Assembly: GCA_016186795.1 (NCBI GenBank)
Contig: JACPKY010000001.1
Coordinates: 129,357 to 193,356 of the forward strand
Reading direction: 5' to 3'
DNA: 64,000 nucleotides
Origin: Candidatus Gottesmanbacteria bacterium
GTDB taxonomy: Bacteria; Patescibacteriota; Microgenomatia; 2-02-FULL-39-11
Part shown: positions 1 to 10,100 of the stretch, piece by piece
How the letters are laid out: every line of letters starts with the position of its first letter
Position numbering within the stretch: position 1 is the stretch's first letter
Position numbers and translations under genes: made by a program
The notes under the pieces: generated by a model
What the model was told of the DNA's origin: nothing
Databases searched by the model: none
What the model saw: the letters and a program-made list of their open reading frames with translations, nothing else

Positions 1-80
1 CCGTGAAAAAAATTATCGCTTTTTTTATATATATAGGATATAAAATAAATTTTTCATTTTTCCAATGAACAATTTCACAA

Positions 81-1109
81 TTATCTTCTTGATATACTTC
101 GTTTATACAACTCAATATTTTCAAGCGCGACTCCGGTACCACGAACAACACAAAGAAGCGGTTCCTCAGCTACATGAACGGGAACCCCGGTAAGGTTGAC
201 AATCAGACGATCTAAATTGCGAAGCTGGGATGTCCCTCCAGAGAGAACAATTCCTTTATCAATGATATCCGAAGCAAGTTCTGGTGGCGTATCTTCCAAC
301 ACTGCTTTAATGGCAGAAACAATACTGGTCAGTGGAGCTTGGAGAGCGTTTGCCAATTCTCCTGCATCTATTTCAATCATCCGCGGAAGTCCGGAGAGAG
401 AATCTCTTCCGCGAACTTCCATTTTCTGCGGCCACGTCTCATCCTTCCGAACCGTCGCAGACGGAGGAAGAGCGCTTCCTATATGAATTTTTACTTCTTC
501 TGCCATTCTCTCTCCAATATAAAGGTTGTACTTTTTTTTAATAAATCCTGTAATTGCTTCATCCAGTTTATTTCCAGCAATCCGAACTGAATGATGCACG
601 ACCACACCACCCAACGATATTACTGCAGCTTCAGTTGAACCACCTCCTATATCGACAATCATATTTCCAGACGGTTGAGCGATAGGGATTTTTGCACCAA
701 TTGCCGCAGCCAAGGGCTCTTCGATAAGATAGACAGTTCGGGCCCCAGCTGAAAGTGTTGCATCCATGACTGCCCGTCTTTCAACCTGTGTACACCCAGC
801 CGGTACACAGATCATCACTTCGGGCTTAAAAAACCGTGTTCGACCACAGACTCGATCAATGAAGTATCGAAGCATTGCCTCCGTCACTTCATAATCTGCA
901 ATCACTCCATCTCGAAGAGGACGTGATGCAACAATATTTCCTGGAGTTCGGCCAAGCATTTCTTTGGCTTCATTTCCGACAGCAACAACACGATTATCCT
1001 CGATAGCGACCGCAACAACGGTGGGTTCGTTAAGAACAACGCCTTCTCCGGTAAGATACACGAGTGAATTGGCTGTTCCTAAATCTATACCAAGTCGTTT
1101 GAAAAGCAT
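81..1109 (-). CDS. mreB: Rod shape-determining protein MreB
   Basis: GIDLGTAN, EPLAAAIGA, DIGGGSTE and LSGGTSQL actin-like ATPase motifs. Confidence 0.96.
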   Translation of the reverse strand: MLFKRLGIDLGTANSLVYLTGEGVVLNEPTVVAVAIEDNRVVAVGNEAKEMLGRTPGNIVASRPLRDGVIADYEVTEAMLRYFIDRVCGRTRFFKPEVMICVPAGCTQVERRAVMDATLSAGARTVYLIEEPLAAAIGAKIPIAQPSGNMIVDIGGGSTEAAVISLGGVVVHHSVRIAGNKLDEAITGFIKKKYNLYIGERMAEEVKIHIGSALPPSATVRKDETWPQKMEVRGRDSLSGLPRMIEIDAGELANALQAPLTSIVSAIKAVLEDTPPELASDIIDKGIVLSGGTSQLRNLDRLIVNLTGVPVHVAEEPLLCVVRGTGVALENIELYKRSISRR

Positions 1110-1220
1110 ATTCAGTCCTTTTATCTATATCATACTATCTACTTACTATATAATTTAATGAAAATTTACCGTGAGTTTGTGCTTATTCTACCTTTCCCGT
1201 GGTATAATTACAATCACTCC

Positions 1221-2444
1221 ATGGTGAAACGGATTCTCTACTCAATCCTCGTTGTAACTGGTCTTTGCCTTGTGACTGCTGGTGTCATTTCCTACGGACG
1301 TGGGTATCGCTTTGACTTCAAACAAAAAACTATCTCTCCAACAGGAATCCTCTCTGTCGCATCATACCCTGAGGGCGCATCAATTCTCGTTGATGGAAAA
1401 TTACTTTCGGCAAGTAACGCCTCTCTGAGTCTGGACCCAAACTGGTATGATGTGAAAGTTGAAAAAACAGGATACCAATCGTGGAACAAAAGAGTCAAAA
1501 TTCAGGGAGAGGTAGTAACCAAAGTCGACGCTCTCTTACTTCCCACGAGTCCGTCACTTCGAGCTTTGACGGTTACCGGTGTCACTTCGCCAACTCTTTC
1601 CCCAAGCACAACACGTCTTGCGTATATCGTCCCTGAAGAAGAATCTACTTCTTCCGCCAACTTGCCTCCCAGACGCGGTGTTTGGATTATGGATCTTCGA
1701 AATAGTGCACTAGGAGGGAATCCTCAACCTCGACAGGTGTACCTCTCACCAGAAGGTTTAGATCTAAGTGGAGGGGAAATTCTCTGGTCACCGGATGAAA
1801 AACAGTTGCTTTTCCTGGTAAAAAAACTTTCCGGGCAAAAAGAAACAGTTATCTCCGCTCTCCAAATTAGTCTCGATGGAGGAAGTATCCCTGTTGAAGT
1901 TGGAAGAATCTATCCGACTATCATTTCCCAATGGGAAACGATGAGGAAAGAACAAGAAGATATCCTTCTTACAGGCATACCGATCACGGTTGCACAGACT
2001 TTAAAAAATGGAGCTTCCACAATCCACTTTTCTCCTGATGAAACCAAGATCTTCTACCAGGCAACGGGATCGGCAACGATTGAGAGAGTAATTGATCCGC
2101 CCCTTATCGGAAGTAATTCAACCGAAGAAACTCGAACTCTTACGCCAAAAAATTACTATATCTACGATGTGAAGGAAGAAAAGAATTTTGCTTTAACTGA
2201 CGGGAAATCATTTCCAAATCCCTCGTCACTTTTTTGGTATACTGATTCAAAACATATCGTAATGATAGAAAAAGATACTATATCTATCATTGACTATGAC
2301 GGCCTGAATAAACGGGCAGTATTTCAAGGATCGTTTGAAAATGGTTATGTCTTCCCGTGGAGTAGCGGAGGGAAGCTTGTTATTTTAACAAGACTTACCA
2401 AATCTAGCCCATTCCCCACTCTGTACGAGATTGATCTTCGCTAA
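1221..2444 (+). CDS. PEGA-domain membrane-anchored protein with C-terminal beta-propeller/TolB-like region
   Basis: N-terminal TM then GILSVASYPEGASILVDG...VEKTGY PEGA signature; WSPD/FSPD repeats; ATG 1221 preferred because it follows a TATAAT. Confidence 0.8.
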   Translation: MVKRILYSILVVTGLCLVTAGVISYGRGYRFDFKQKTISPTGILSVASYPEGASILVDGKLLSASNASLSLDPNWYDVKVEKTGYQSWNKRVKIQGEVVTKVDALLLPTSPSLRALTVTGVTSPTLSPSTTRLAYIVPEEESTSSANLPPRRGVWIMDLRNSALGGNPQPRQVYLSPEGLDLSGGEILWSPDEKQLLFLVKKLSGQKETVISALQISLDGGSIPVEVGRIYPTIISQWETMRKEQEDILLTGIPITVAQTLKNGASTIHFSPDETKIFYQATGSATIERVIDPPLIGSNSTEETRTLTPKNYYIYDVKEEKNFALTDGKSFPNPSSLFWYTDSKHIVMIEKDTISIIDYDGLNKRAVFQGSFENGYVFPWSSGGKLVILTRLTKSSPFPTLYEIDLR

Positions 2445-2451
2445 TTGGAAT

Positions 2452-3201
2452 CTATTTCAATACGTCCCCTTCCGGACGAGCAAAAACGATAAGCCGCTTA
2501 AGTGTCGTCCCGGGTGGCCAACACGTTTGCAGCGTTAATTGCTCATGAGTCGTTGGAACGGTTAAATAGTGGACTTCGGAGGGATCAACAATCAGTTTAT
2601 TGACTACCCGATAGATGTGTCTGTTTCCTTTATAAAACACATCGACTTCATCGCCGTTTTCCAGTTCTTTCAGGAGATAAAAAATAGCATTGTATCTTCC
2701 CACATTCCAAAATGCATCGGTTGAGTGGGCGAAAAGATAGATGTTTCCTGATATTCCCGGAAATACAGTACCTGCGGCGTGGGCAACGCCCTTTTCCAAT
2801 GTGGAAAGGTATTCATCGGGATTCCCAGCATCAACATTTGGGAAAATCGGAGCGTTTGCGCCAATTTTGGGTATGATGATACCAAACTGCGCAGAGACTG
2901 GTGACAGAACCTCGGTTTTATTCCCACCGGTAATATTTCCAAAAAATGTTGGTTTTCCAGAAGGGGTTGGAGTCACAAGAGATTCAAGGGAAGGTGAAGG
3001 CGTAATTTCTGTAACTGGAACTGTTTGGGTTGGATACTCAACAACATAACGAACATTTCTTGCAAGATTGATGCGGTAGAGAAATTCCAGATAGAAAGCC
3101 GGACCAAAGGTCATTGCCATGCCCCAGAGGGAAAAAAGGAGAAAGAAATTCCCAAGGGTTCGCAGGATAAGAAACTGGATTTGGTGACGGCTAAGTTTCA
3201 T
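2452..3201 (-). CDS. Sortase family protein
   Basis: N-terminal TM; GNIYLFAHS (His), LTLQTCWPP (Cys), KRLIV (Arg) catalytic triad. Confidence 0.9.
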   Translation of the reverse strand: MKLSRHQIQFLILRTLGNFFLLFSLWGMAMTFGPAFYLEFLYRINLARNVRYVVEYPTQTVPVTEITPSPSLESLVTPTPSGKPTFFGNITGGNKTEVLSPVSAQFGIIIPKIGANAPIFPNVDAGNPDEYLSTLEKGVAHAAGTVFPGISGNIYLFAHSTDAFWNVGRYNAIFYLLKELENGDEVDVFYKGNRHIYRVVNKLIVDPSEVHYLTVPTTHEQLTLQTCWPPGTTLKRLIVFARPEGDVLK

Positions 3202-3225
3202 AGGAACTTCTTCCAAAATAACGTG

Positions 3226-3299
3226 CGCCCCTACCCAGACTCGGACTGGGAATCGCCCCGTTAGGACCGGGGTGCTCTATCCAATTAAGCTATAGGGGC
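3226..3299 (-). tRNA. tRNA-Arg(CCT)
   Basis: Acceptor GCCCCTA/TAGGGGC, anticodon arm CCCCG-GTCCTAA-CGGGG, T arm CCCAG-TCCGAGT-CTGGG; discriminator G; CCA not encoded. Confidence 0.88.
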
Positions 3300-3355
3300 A
3301 AATAACTTCAATTTGATTGTATTTTACCACTTACGAAGGTACAATAGGAAGAAAT

Positions 3356-3432
3356 CGGGGTGTAGCGCAGTTGGCTAGCGCGCATCGTTCGGGACGATGA
3401 GGCCGGCGGTTCAAGTCCGCCCACCCCGACCA
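3356..3432 (+). tRNA. tRNA-Pro(CGG)
   Basis: CGGGGTG/CACCCCG acceptor, CATCG-TTCGGGA-CGATG anticodon arm, GGTTCAAGTCC T arm, encoded CCA. Confidence 0.95.
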
Positions 3433-3465
3433 ATCAAAACTTAACGATTTTTCAGGACGAGAGGA

Positions 3466-3500
3466 TTGCCCGCCCTCGCTTTCCGCCGCCGCCGAATTTC
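3466..3500 (+). repeat. Left copy of a 35-bp perfect inverted repeat
   Basis: TTGCCCGCCCTCGCTTTCCGCCGCCGCCGAATTTC is the exact reverse complement of 4910-4944. Confidence 0.9.
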
Positions 3501-3692
3501 ATATTTCGCTTTGCGAAATACACCGCAGAAAAAAGAGGAGTTGTGTTTGCCCCTCCCGCCCATGCGCACACAACAAGATTTTTGCTCCCTTTGGCCCACT
3601 AGAACGGGGTATGCGGAACCCATCTCTGCTAACAGTTCAAAAAATGGCTAAAGCTATTGGAATAAGTCCAAAAGATTTAATAGAATAAAACT

Positions 3693-4877
3693 ATGGACAA
3701 CTTTGAAAAACCATCAATAAATCCCGCGGAGCTTCAACCACAGCCAGAAGCTCAACAAGAAAAACCTCGCAAGGATGTTGAAGAAGTAAAAGAAGCGCAA
3801 AACTTTTTTCGTTCTCTTGGGCTCGCCGTGGAAAATGACGGTCTTATTACAAAAGAGCCGACCGAAGAGCAGCTAGAAAAGTTGCGCGAATGGCACGACC
3901 AAACAGGTGATGGTGGAATTGATATGCCAACGGGAAAAGCATTTTACGAAAAAGTTTTGCTCGCTATTTCTCTGTGGCGACAGCAGGAGGGCGAAAAAAC
4001 AAACTACCTTCTTGGAAAAGGCACAGGTGTTGAAGTTGCATTGCGGGGAAATATTGCGAGCAGGACAAAACGTCCTATTGAATTTTCTTATAGATCACAC
4101 AGCGATTTTGAATTATATGGTGTTGATTATGAAGCGGGAGAAAACGGCTCAAATTTAGGTGGTAAACCCGTATATATGGAATCGTTCGTAAGGGTTTTTG
4201 GGAATCAAGAATATTTTCCCGTTACTAAAACAAAGGGATTAAAAAATATCCCACCAACACTTTTACACGAAACGGCAGAGATTGTTGATTTCGGCGGCGT
4301 GTCCGCTCGTGTGCCACAACTAGAGCTTCTATTTTTGGATAAGTATATGTCTAGAGAAAGCACGCCTCGACCAGAAGGACATGATGCCGAATTACTTGCT
4401 AGGCAATATGTTCTAGACCGCGCAAAAACTCATCAATACTTAGACCAGCTCGTTATTGAACCGGCAGTCGCACAAATTCAGGCGCAGACTCAGAAAGATT
4501 ATCAGGGACAGTTGGATAGTATAAAAAGAAATATTACATTTACGCGACGAGAATTTGAAGAAGAAGGAATTGATCCCTCGCCGCAAGATTTAATTACGAG
4601 AATAAATGAGCCAATACAATCAATGCTTGATATTCACGGCACAGACACACGAGTTTCATATTCCGGTATTCGCCTGAATTTGTGGCAAGCACTTACACTA
4701 GAGCAAATTGATGCGGAAGGAAATGTTGTTGACCAAGAGTTTTTGCAAAAATTAGAAACGAGAGTAAAAGAAATGGAAATTGCCGCAATTGAAAGATATA
4801 AGAACAAACATCAAGAGTTGGATAAGCTCTTTGATGATATTGATAATGAGTTTGTGGAAGGAGAAAAGGCAGGATAA
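3693..4877 (+). CDS. Hypothetical protein with putative nucleotidyltransferase-superfamily fold
   Basis: 394 aa; YLLGKGTGVEVAL...RSHSDFEL resembles hG[GS]...R.h.D.D; RVPQLELLFLDK...R....D resembles the NTase/AbiEii-like C-lobe. Confidence 0.55.
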   Translation: MDNFEKPSINPAELQPQPEAQQEKPRKDVEEVKEAQNFFRSLGLAVENDGLITKEPTEEQLEKLREWHDQTGDGGIDMPTGKAFYEKVLLAISLWRQQEGEKTNYLLGKGTGVEVALRGNIASRTKRPIEFSYRSHSDFELYGVDYEAGENGSNLGGKPVYMESFVRVFGNQEYFPVTKTKGLKNIPPTLLHETAEIVDFGGVSARVPQLELLFLDKYMSRESTPRPEGHDAELLARQYVLDRAKTHQYLDQLVIEPAVAQIQAQTQKDYQGQLDSIKRNITFTRREFEEEGIDPSPQDLITRINEPIQSMLDIHGTDTRVSYSGIRLNLWQALTLEQIDAEGNVVDQEFLQKLETRVKEMEIAAIERYKNKHQELDKLFDDIDNEFVEGEKAG

Positions 4878-4909
4878 AATTCAATGCGGCGCACCAGTTT
4901 TACTGGCAC

Positions 4910-4944
4910 GAAATTCGGCGGCGGCGGAAAGCGAGGGCGGGCAA
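4910..4944 (-). repeat. Right copy of a 35-bp perfect inverted repeat
   Basis: GAAATTCGGCGGCGGCGGAAAGCGAGGGCGGGCAA. Confidence 0.9.
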
Positions 4945-5092
4945 AAATTCATTCCCCCCAACCCCCTTTCTTTTTGCCCGCCCGAGCGTCAGGTTTCGTT
5001 CCTGCCGCGCGAAGCGCGGCAATCCGTCGGGATTTTGTTCAAAAAAGGTTCGAGCGGCGTTCAGTAATTGCGACTGATCGATAGTTCATCCT

Positions 5093-5662
5093 ATGAAACT
5101 CATCCTTGCGTCTGCATCAGAGGGAAGGAAAAAACTCCTTTCTCTTTTTAAAATCCCTTTTAAAGCCATTCCCTCTATCATCAATGAAGAGGAAATTATG
5201 GGGAAAACCCCTCTTGAAACACTTCAACTTCGAGCAAAGAAAAAAGGAGAAGATATTGCAAAGAGAATTGATTCTACATCGTATTTGATTCTTTCCGCAG
5301 ACTCTGGAGCAATTGTAGGAAATGAGCTTATTGGAAAGCCAAAAAATCATGACGATGCCAAAAGAATATTGCAAAAACTTTCTGGAACCACCCATGAATT
5401 TATTACAGCTATCTATGCTGTTACACGAGATAAAGCGTGGGAAACCTATGAGAAAACGTTTGTGACATTCCGAAAGCTATCTGATAATGATATCAGACAC
5501 TATCTTTCGATAACAGACTATACACAATACGCAGGTGGATACGCTTTATTTGCTTCTCCACAGGATTTTGTCATCAAAACTGAGGGGTCTCTTTCCAATG
5601 TTATTGGACTCCCTTTAGAAAAGATTGTCCCGATCTTGAAAGAAAACAAATTAGTGCAGTAG
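5093..5662 (+). CDS. maf: Maf-family nucleoside triphosphate pyrophosphatase
   Basis: LILASAS..R, LSADS, IGKP, LSGTTH, AGGY, SNVIGLP. Confidence 0.92.
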   Translation: MKLILASASEGRKKLLSLFKIPFKAIPSIINEEEIMGKTPLETLQLRAKKKGEDIAKRIDSTSYLILSADSGAIVGNELIGKPKNHDDAKRILQKLSGTTHEFITAIYAVTRDKAWETYEKTFVTFRKLSDNDIRHYLSITDYTQYAGGYALFASPQDFVIKTEGSLSNVIGLPLEKIVPILKENKLVQ

Positions 5663-5669
5663 AGATTTA

Positions 5670-6527
5670 TCAAGTAAGACTAATTAAAACAACCCCTACT
5701 AGACTACTTGTAATTCCAATTTTTTGCTGCGGATTTAACCGTTCATGGAACACAAACCTTGAAAGAACAACAAAAAGAACTGGAAATGCCCCTGCAATAG
5801 GAGCAACTGTTGATGTATATCCAGAAAGAATCCCAATATTGTAGGCAAAATCTGCCATGGTAACCAGAAGAGTGTACAGAACAATCACTGTAACTATCGA
5901 ACTGGCACGGAAAACTTTAAAGATATTTTTCCTGACTCTTTTAAATATAGGAAGAATTAGGGCAATAAGATAAATCGGGTATAGTGACCAAAACCAGCCG
6001 ATTGTCTCAACCGGAATTCTTATAAGAGACAAGCTAATCCCCCATCCCAACATTCCGCCAATGGCATAGGGAACTCCGGAATTACTGATTGCTCCTTTTA
6101 GACCTTTTTCCTTAAGAAGAGATATATCCAATGAGGAAAGCACAATACCAGAAACGACAAGAAAGATCGCTACAAGTTGGAGAAGTGAAGGCGTCTCTCC
6201 AAAAAAGAAGATCGACATAAGCACTGCTACCACTGGAAATCCTCCGCCGGAAATCGTTCCTACAATTGAGGCATTCCCAACCTCAAGTGCCCGGAAATAG
6301 GAAATATTTCCAAGACTATGAATAATATTGATAAGAAATGCCACGATAAACATACCTATTTCAGGAAATTCTCCTGCAAAAGGAATATAGAGAGTTGTTA
6401 ATATCAGGGCCAATAGAAATCCCCAAAAGTAGGCATGGACATTCCCAATCTTTCTCGATGCAATTGTTACGAAAATATCCCCTGTCCCCCACCCGATAAG
6501 GGCAAGAAAAGCAAAAAGAGTTGCCAT
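5670..6527 (-). CDS. DMT/EamA family transporter
   Basis: About 10 TM helices in two EamA repeats (FFGE, FVFHERL). Confidence 0.85.
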   Translation of the reverse strand: MATLFAFLALIGWGTGDIFVTIASRKIGNVHAYFWGFLLALILTTLYIPFAGEFPEIGMFIVAFLINIIHSLGNISYFRALEVGNASIVGTISGGGFPVVAVLMSIFFFGETPSLLQLVAIFLVVSGIVLSSLDISLLKEKGLKGAISNSGVPYAIGGMLGWGISLSLIRIPVETIGWFWSLYPIYLIALILPIFKRVRKNIFKVFRASSIVTVIVLYTLLVTMADFAYNIGILSGYTSTVAPIAGAFPVLFVVLSRFVFHERLNPQQKIGITSSLVGVVLISLT

Positions 6528-6574
6528 ACTTTTGCTATTGTAACAGTAATAATTAAGAAGTATATAATAACCAT

Positions 6575-8308
6575 ATGATGAACCGCTCCTATCTTACTCA
6601 ACTTTCTCTTCACCAAAAAAATCCTCAAAAGTGGATTTCCTGGGGAAAAAAGCTTCTGAAACAAGGCAAAAATCCATTTGAAATTTTCTATACTCCTGGT
6701 ATTGGTGAGATCATCCTTCTTGGGAAAAAGAAAAGAGAGAAACTTGATCTTCCACCAGCCCTCCAACCTCTCTCTCTTGAGCCAAGACTTTCCACCCTTT
6801 ATAGGGAAAACAAAAATCTCTTTCGCAAGAAACTTTTTACACTTCTAGAGGAAAAAGTTTCTCAAATAGAAAATCTTCGCGGAGTCAACCGAAGGCCCAC
6901 GCAAGGCAAGAATCTCTTATCAGGATGGGGTGCTGTTGTTACAAATAAAAAACGGGTATTAGGTTTTGGCGAAGTTCCAGATGGTGGTGAGTGGATAACA
7001 CGGGGTAAGTGCGACTGTTACGAAATGGCAACTGAGGGAAAAATCTGGAAAATGCTAGCCCTTGCAATTGATGTATCCGAAATTACAGACTCGAGGCAAC
7101 ATGACCAGTATGTTTTTGCTATTCTCAAAATACTCCAAAGTACTAGAATTTCTCTTATCCAGTTTGAGGATTTCGATGGGATTTCTGCTTTTCGAATTCT
7201 GAAAAAAGCACGGAAAATTCTCCATGTACCTCTTTTTAATGATGATATTGAAGGAACTGCCTGGATTTTGTGGATGGCAAAGCTTGCTGCCAAGGGAAGA
7301 AGTATCATTACAAGTTCAAAGTTTAAAGTGCAAAGTTCAAAATTAAACCTCAAAGCCCACGACATAAGAAAAATTAAGTTCCTGCTTCGTAGTGAATCAG
7401 TTCATGCTAGAAAAGAAGGAACTTTGCTTTTTCGAGATTCACTCTTTTTTTTCCATGGAGGTGGAGCGGCGGCAATTGGTGGAGGGATCTTTTTCAAAAA
7501 AATGCTTCTGAAGATGTATCTCCACAGTGGAATATCAAAGGTTCAAGCCATTCGGTTAATTAATAGACAAATTATTCTTACCGATAGTCATGGACTTTTG
7601 TATAAAGGAAGGACATCAAAAATAAAAGAAGGCCAAAAGCAAGAGTTCAAACCGTTCCAAAAGGATCTTCTTTTGAGAGAAAAACGGATTCTAGAGAGAT
7701 TAAATGCGCGTGGCCAAATAATTTCCTTGGAGAAATGTATCGATTTTTATGGCCAACACTTTCTTGGTAGAAATGGAACAATATTTCTTATTGGCCTGAC
7801 GGGACATCCTGGACAATTTAATGAAAAAGTTATTCGTACGGCAAGAACCGTTGTTAACATGCATAATCCTCACTCTGACATTTTTATTGACAGCGGATCA
7901 AATCCCACATACTTAACTGAAATTCTTACAAAAAAAGAGTCCCACCTCTTTCAAAAATCATCGCCAGATGAGCAAAGAAAAATTTTGGCTCAAGCCGTCC
8001 TAAGAGTGAAAAAAGCAGCCAATTCACTGGTAGTTTTAACAACTGGGAGCCCGTTTCATGTTCCTAATTTCCCTATTGGACAACTGAATAATCTCTTTGG
8101 GTTCCCGGCAGCGGGACTTGCGGTACTTACAAGAAAGGCACATGCCATTACCGATGAACTCGGGGAATCTGTCGCCCAGGCAAATGTAGAATTTCTAATC
8201 AACCATTATCCTAAAGCATTAAAAGATGGAATGCTCTGCCCACCAATTGAAAGTATTTTTGAAATGACAAAGAATGCTATCAATACTCGTGGATCTCAGA
8301 GGGATTAA
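6575..8308 (+). CDS. Divergent NAD(P)-dependent malic enzyme family protein
   Basis: FYTPGIGE, IQFEDF, FNDDIEGTA, HGGGAAAIG, SNPT, TGSPF, GQLNNLFGFP. Confidence 0.75.
   Translation: MMNRSYLTQLSLHQKNPQKWISWGKKLLKQGKNPFEIFYTPGIGEIILLGKKKREKLDLPPALQPLSLEPRLSTLYRENKNLFRKKLFTLLEEKVSQIENLRGVNRRPTQGKNLLSGWGAVVTNKKRVLGFGEVPDGGEWITRGKCDCYEMATEGKIWKMLALAIDVSEITDSRQHDQYVFAILKILQSTRISLIQFEDFDGISAFRILKKARKILHVPLFNDDIEGTAWILWMAKLAAKGRSIITSSKFKVQSSKLNLKAHDIRKIKFLLRSESVHARKEGTLLFRDSLFFFHGGGAAAIGGGIFFKKMLLKMYLHSGISKVQAIRLINRQIILTDSHGLLYKGRTSKIKEGQKQEFKPFQKDLLLREKRILERLNARGQIISLEKCIDFYGQHFLGRNGTIFLIGLTGHPGQFNEKVIRTARTVVNMHNPHSDIFIDSGSNPTYLTEILTKKESHLFQKSSPDEQRKILAQAVLRVKKAANSLVVLTTGSPFHVPNFPIGQLNNLFGFPAAGLAVLTRKAHAITDELGESVAQANVEFLINHYPKALKDGMLCPPIESIFEMTKNAINTRGSQRD
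7312..7355 (+). repeat. Degenerate heptamer tandem repeat (AAGTTCA-like) in frame within the malic enzyme gene
   Basis: aagttca aagttta aagtgca aagttca aaattaa..., encoding SSKFKVQSSKLNLK. Confidence 0.7.
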
Positions 8309-8699
8309 ACATAAGATCTGTTTCTCGTCCGGCAGCTTCACTATTTTCGGAAGCATGGATGGCGTTTGCTTGAATATCTGTTCCAAAATCCCCCCTGATT
8401 GTTCCTTTTGATGCCTTTCGACTATCTGTTGGACCACAGATTTCCCGGACTTTGGCAATAATATTGTCTCCTTGCCAGAGCATGGCAAAAATAGGAGTTG
8501 AGGTCATGTATGCTTTGATTGAAGGAAAGTATGGTTTATTTCTGTGATGCTCATACCATTTGGCAACAATATCATCGGGGAGTCGTAGAAATTTTGCTGC
8601 GACAATGCGAAATCCCTGTTTTTCAAGTCTCGTTATTATTTCTCCAACTACTGAACCCAGCACTGCATCTGGTTTAATAAGAATAACTGTGCGTTCCAT
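8280..8699 (-). CDS. ndk: Nucleoside diphosphate kinase
   Basis: ERTVILIKPDAV, GTIRGDFG, NAIHAS. Confidence 0.96.
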   Translation of the reverse strand: MERTVILIKPDAVLGSVVGEIITRLEKQGFRIVAAKFLRLPDDIVAKWYEHHRNKPYFPSIKAYMTSTPIFAMLWQGDNIIAKVREICGPTDSRKASKGTIRGDFGTDIQANAIHASENSEAAGRETDLMFNPSEIHEY

Positions 8700-9988
8700 T
8701 ATTCAAACTTTAATAATTTTCTAAACCGTTCCTCTTCTTTATACGGTCCAATAACGGCTAAATTCAGTGTATCATGTTTGAAAATATCATTGGCAACCCT
8801 CGTTACATCGGAAAGAGTAACACTATCGATCTCTTTCATAATATCCTGGGGAGTCTTTATATCTTCTTCCAAAAGTTCCTCTGAAGAAAATAATGCTGCC
8901 ACATTTCTGCTATCCTCAAGTTCCAAAACAAATCGTCCTTTGAGATATTCTTTTGCCTTGACCAATTCCTCATTGGTAATACTATTAAGTCTGACTTTGG
9001 CAAATTCCTCAAGCATTACTTTTATCGCATCGTCAATCCGTGCAACATCAACTCCTGCTTGGGTGACAAAATTACCAACATCAACGTACTGCTCGTTGGA
9101 TGAACGTACATAGTATGCCAGTCCTCTTCGCTCTCGAACTTCAATAAAAAGTCGAGATGACATCCCGCCTCCAAGTATTGCAGTTAGCACTCCAAGTTTG
9201 TATCTGCTAGGGTGTGTCAAATAGTATGACCGAAAGCCCAAACACAAATGTGCTTGTTGTGTATCCTTATATTTAACTAGTACTTGTGGTTCATCTTGCT
9301 TATCAGTAACTTTTTCCGGCTGTTGAACTTTTTTCGTTTTCCATCGACCTAAAAACTGTTCTACAAGTTCAAGAATTTTTTCCTGACTCCATTTGGTTCC
9401 AGCCCCAACACCACCAGCAATAGCAACAATGGTATTGGCAGGGCCATAGAATCGATCAATATATTGTATGAAATCTTCTCTTTTGACACTTTTGATTACC
9501 TCTTTTCGACCAGAGATATCTCTTCCAAGCTTGGTATCCCCATAGAGAAGATTTTCATAAAGGTCACCTACCTTGCGCATTGGAGTATCCTCGTACATGT
9601 TGATTTCTTCAATAATGACTCCCCTCTCTTTCTCGATTTCGTTCGCGTCAAATTTCGAGTGGAGAAGCATATCAGAGAGAACGTCAAGCTGGAGAGGAAG
9701 GTGCTGGCTGGCAGCTTTAATGTAATAGCCTGTATGGTCTTTGGAGGTAAAAGCGTTGAATTCTCCGCCAATACCATCAATTAGTGATGAAATAGCAAGA
9801 GCAGATGGCCGATTCTGTGTGCCTTTAAAGGCCATGTGTTCCAGGAAATGGGAGATGCCGTTGATATTTTTCTCTTCATACCGAGATCCTGCCCCCACCA
9901 TGAGAAGAACAGTAACCGAAGCAACGCCTGGTACAGGAATCGTTACTAGCCTGAGATTATTGGGTAAAGTCTGCTTGTTGTACTGCAT
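8699..9988 (-). CDS. M16 (pitrilysin/insulinase) family zinc peptidase
   Basis: HFLEH inverted zincin motif, NAFTS, EVRERRGLAY; ATG 9988. Confidence 0.93.
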   Translation of the reverse strand: MQYNKQTLPNNLRLVTIPVPGVASVTVLLMVGAGSRYEEKNINGISHFLEHMAFKGTQNRPSALAISSLIDGIGGEFNAFTSKDHTGYYIKAASQHLPLQLDVLSDMLLHSKFDANEIEKERGVIIEEINMYEDTPMRKVGDLYENLLYGDTKLGRDISGRKEVIKSVKREDFIQYIDRFYGPANTIVAIAGGVGAGTKWSQEKILELVEQFLGRWKTKKVQQPEKVTDKQDEPQVLVKYKDTQQAHLCLGFRSYYLTHPSRYKLGVLTAILGGGMSSRLFIEVRERRGLAYYVRSSNEQYVDVGNFVTQAGVDVARIDDAIKVMLEEFAKVRLNSITNEELVKAKEYLKGRFVLELEDSRNVAALFSSEELLEEDIKTPQDIMKEIDSVTLSDVTRVANDIFKHDTLNLAVIGPYKEEERFRKLLKFE

Positions 9989-10100
9989 ACAAACGCTGAA
10001 GAATCCTATCATACTAGATCAAATCCCAAAGGACAAGGGGGAAGAAAAGATCGGATTGCATGGCTTGTATTGGACGGGCGAATCCTATTATGATGGAGTT

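Noticed and set aside
3441-3651. Short Arg-rich ORFs here and at 4780-5084
   Set aside because: They read through the GC-rich inverted-repeat ends and have no coding features.
9741-10100. N-terminal extension of the 741-aa track ORF
   Set aside because: Overlaps the M16 peptidase on the opposite strand; ATG 10101 is more plausible.
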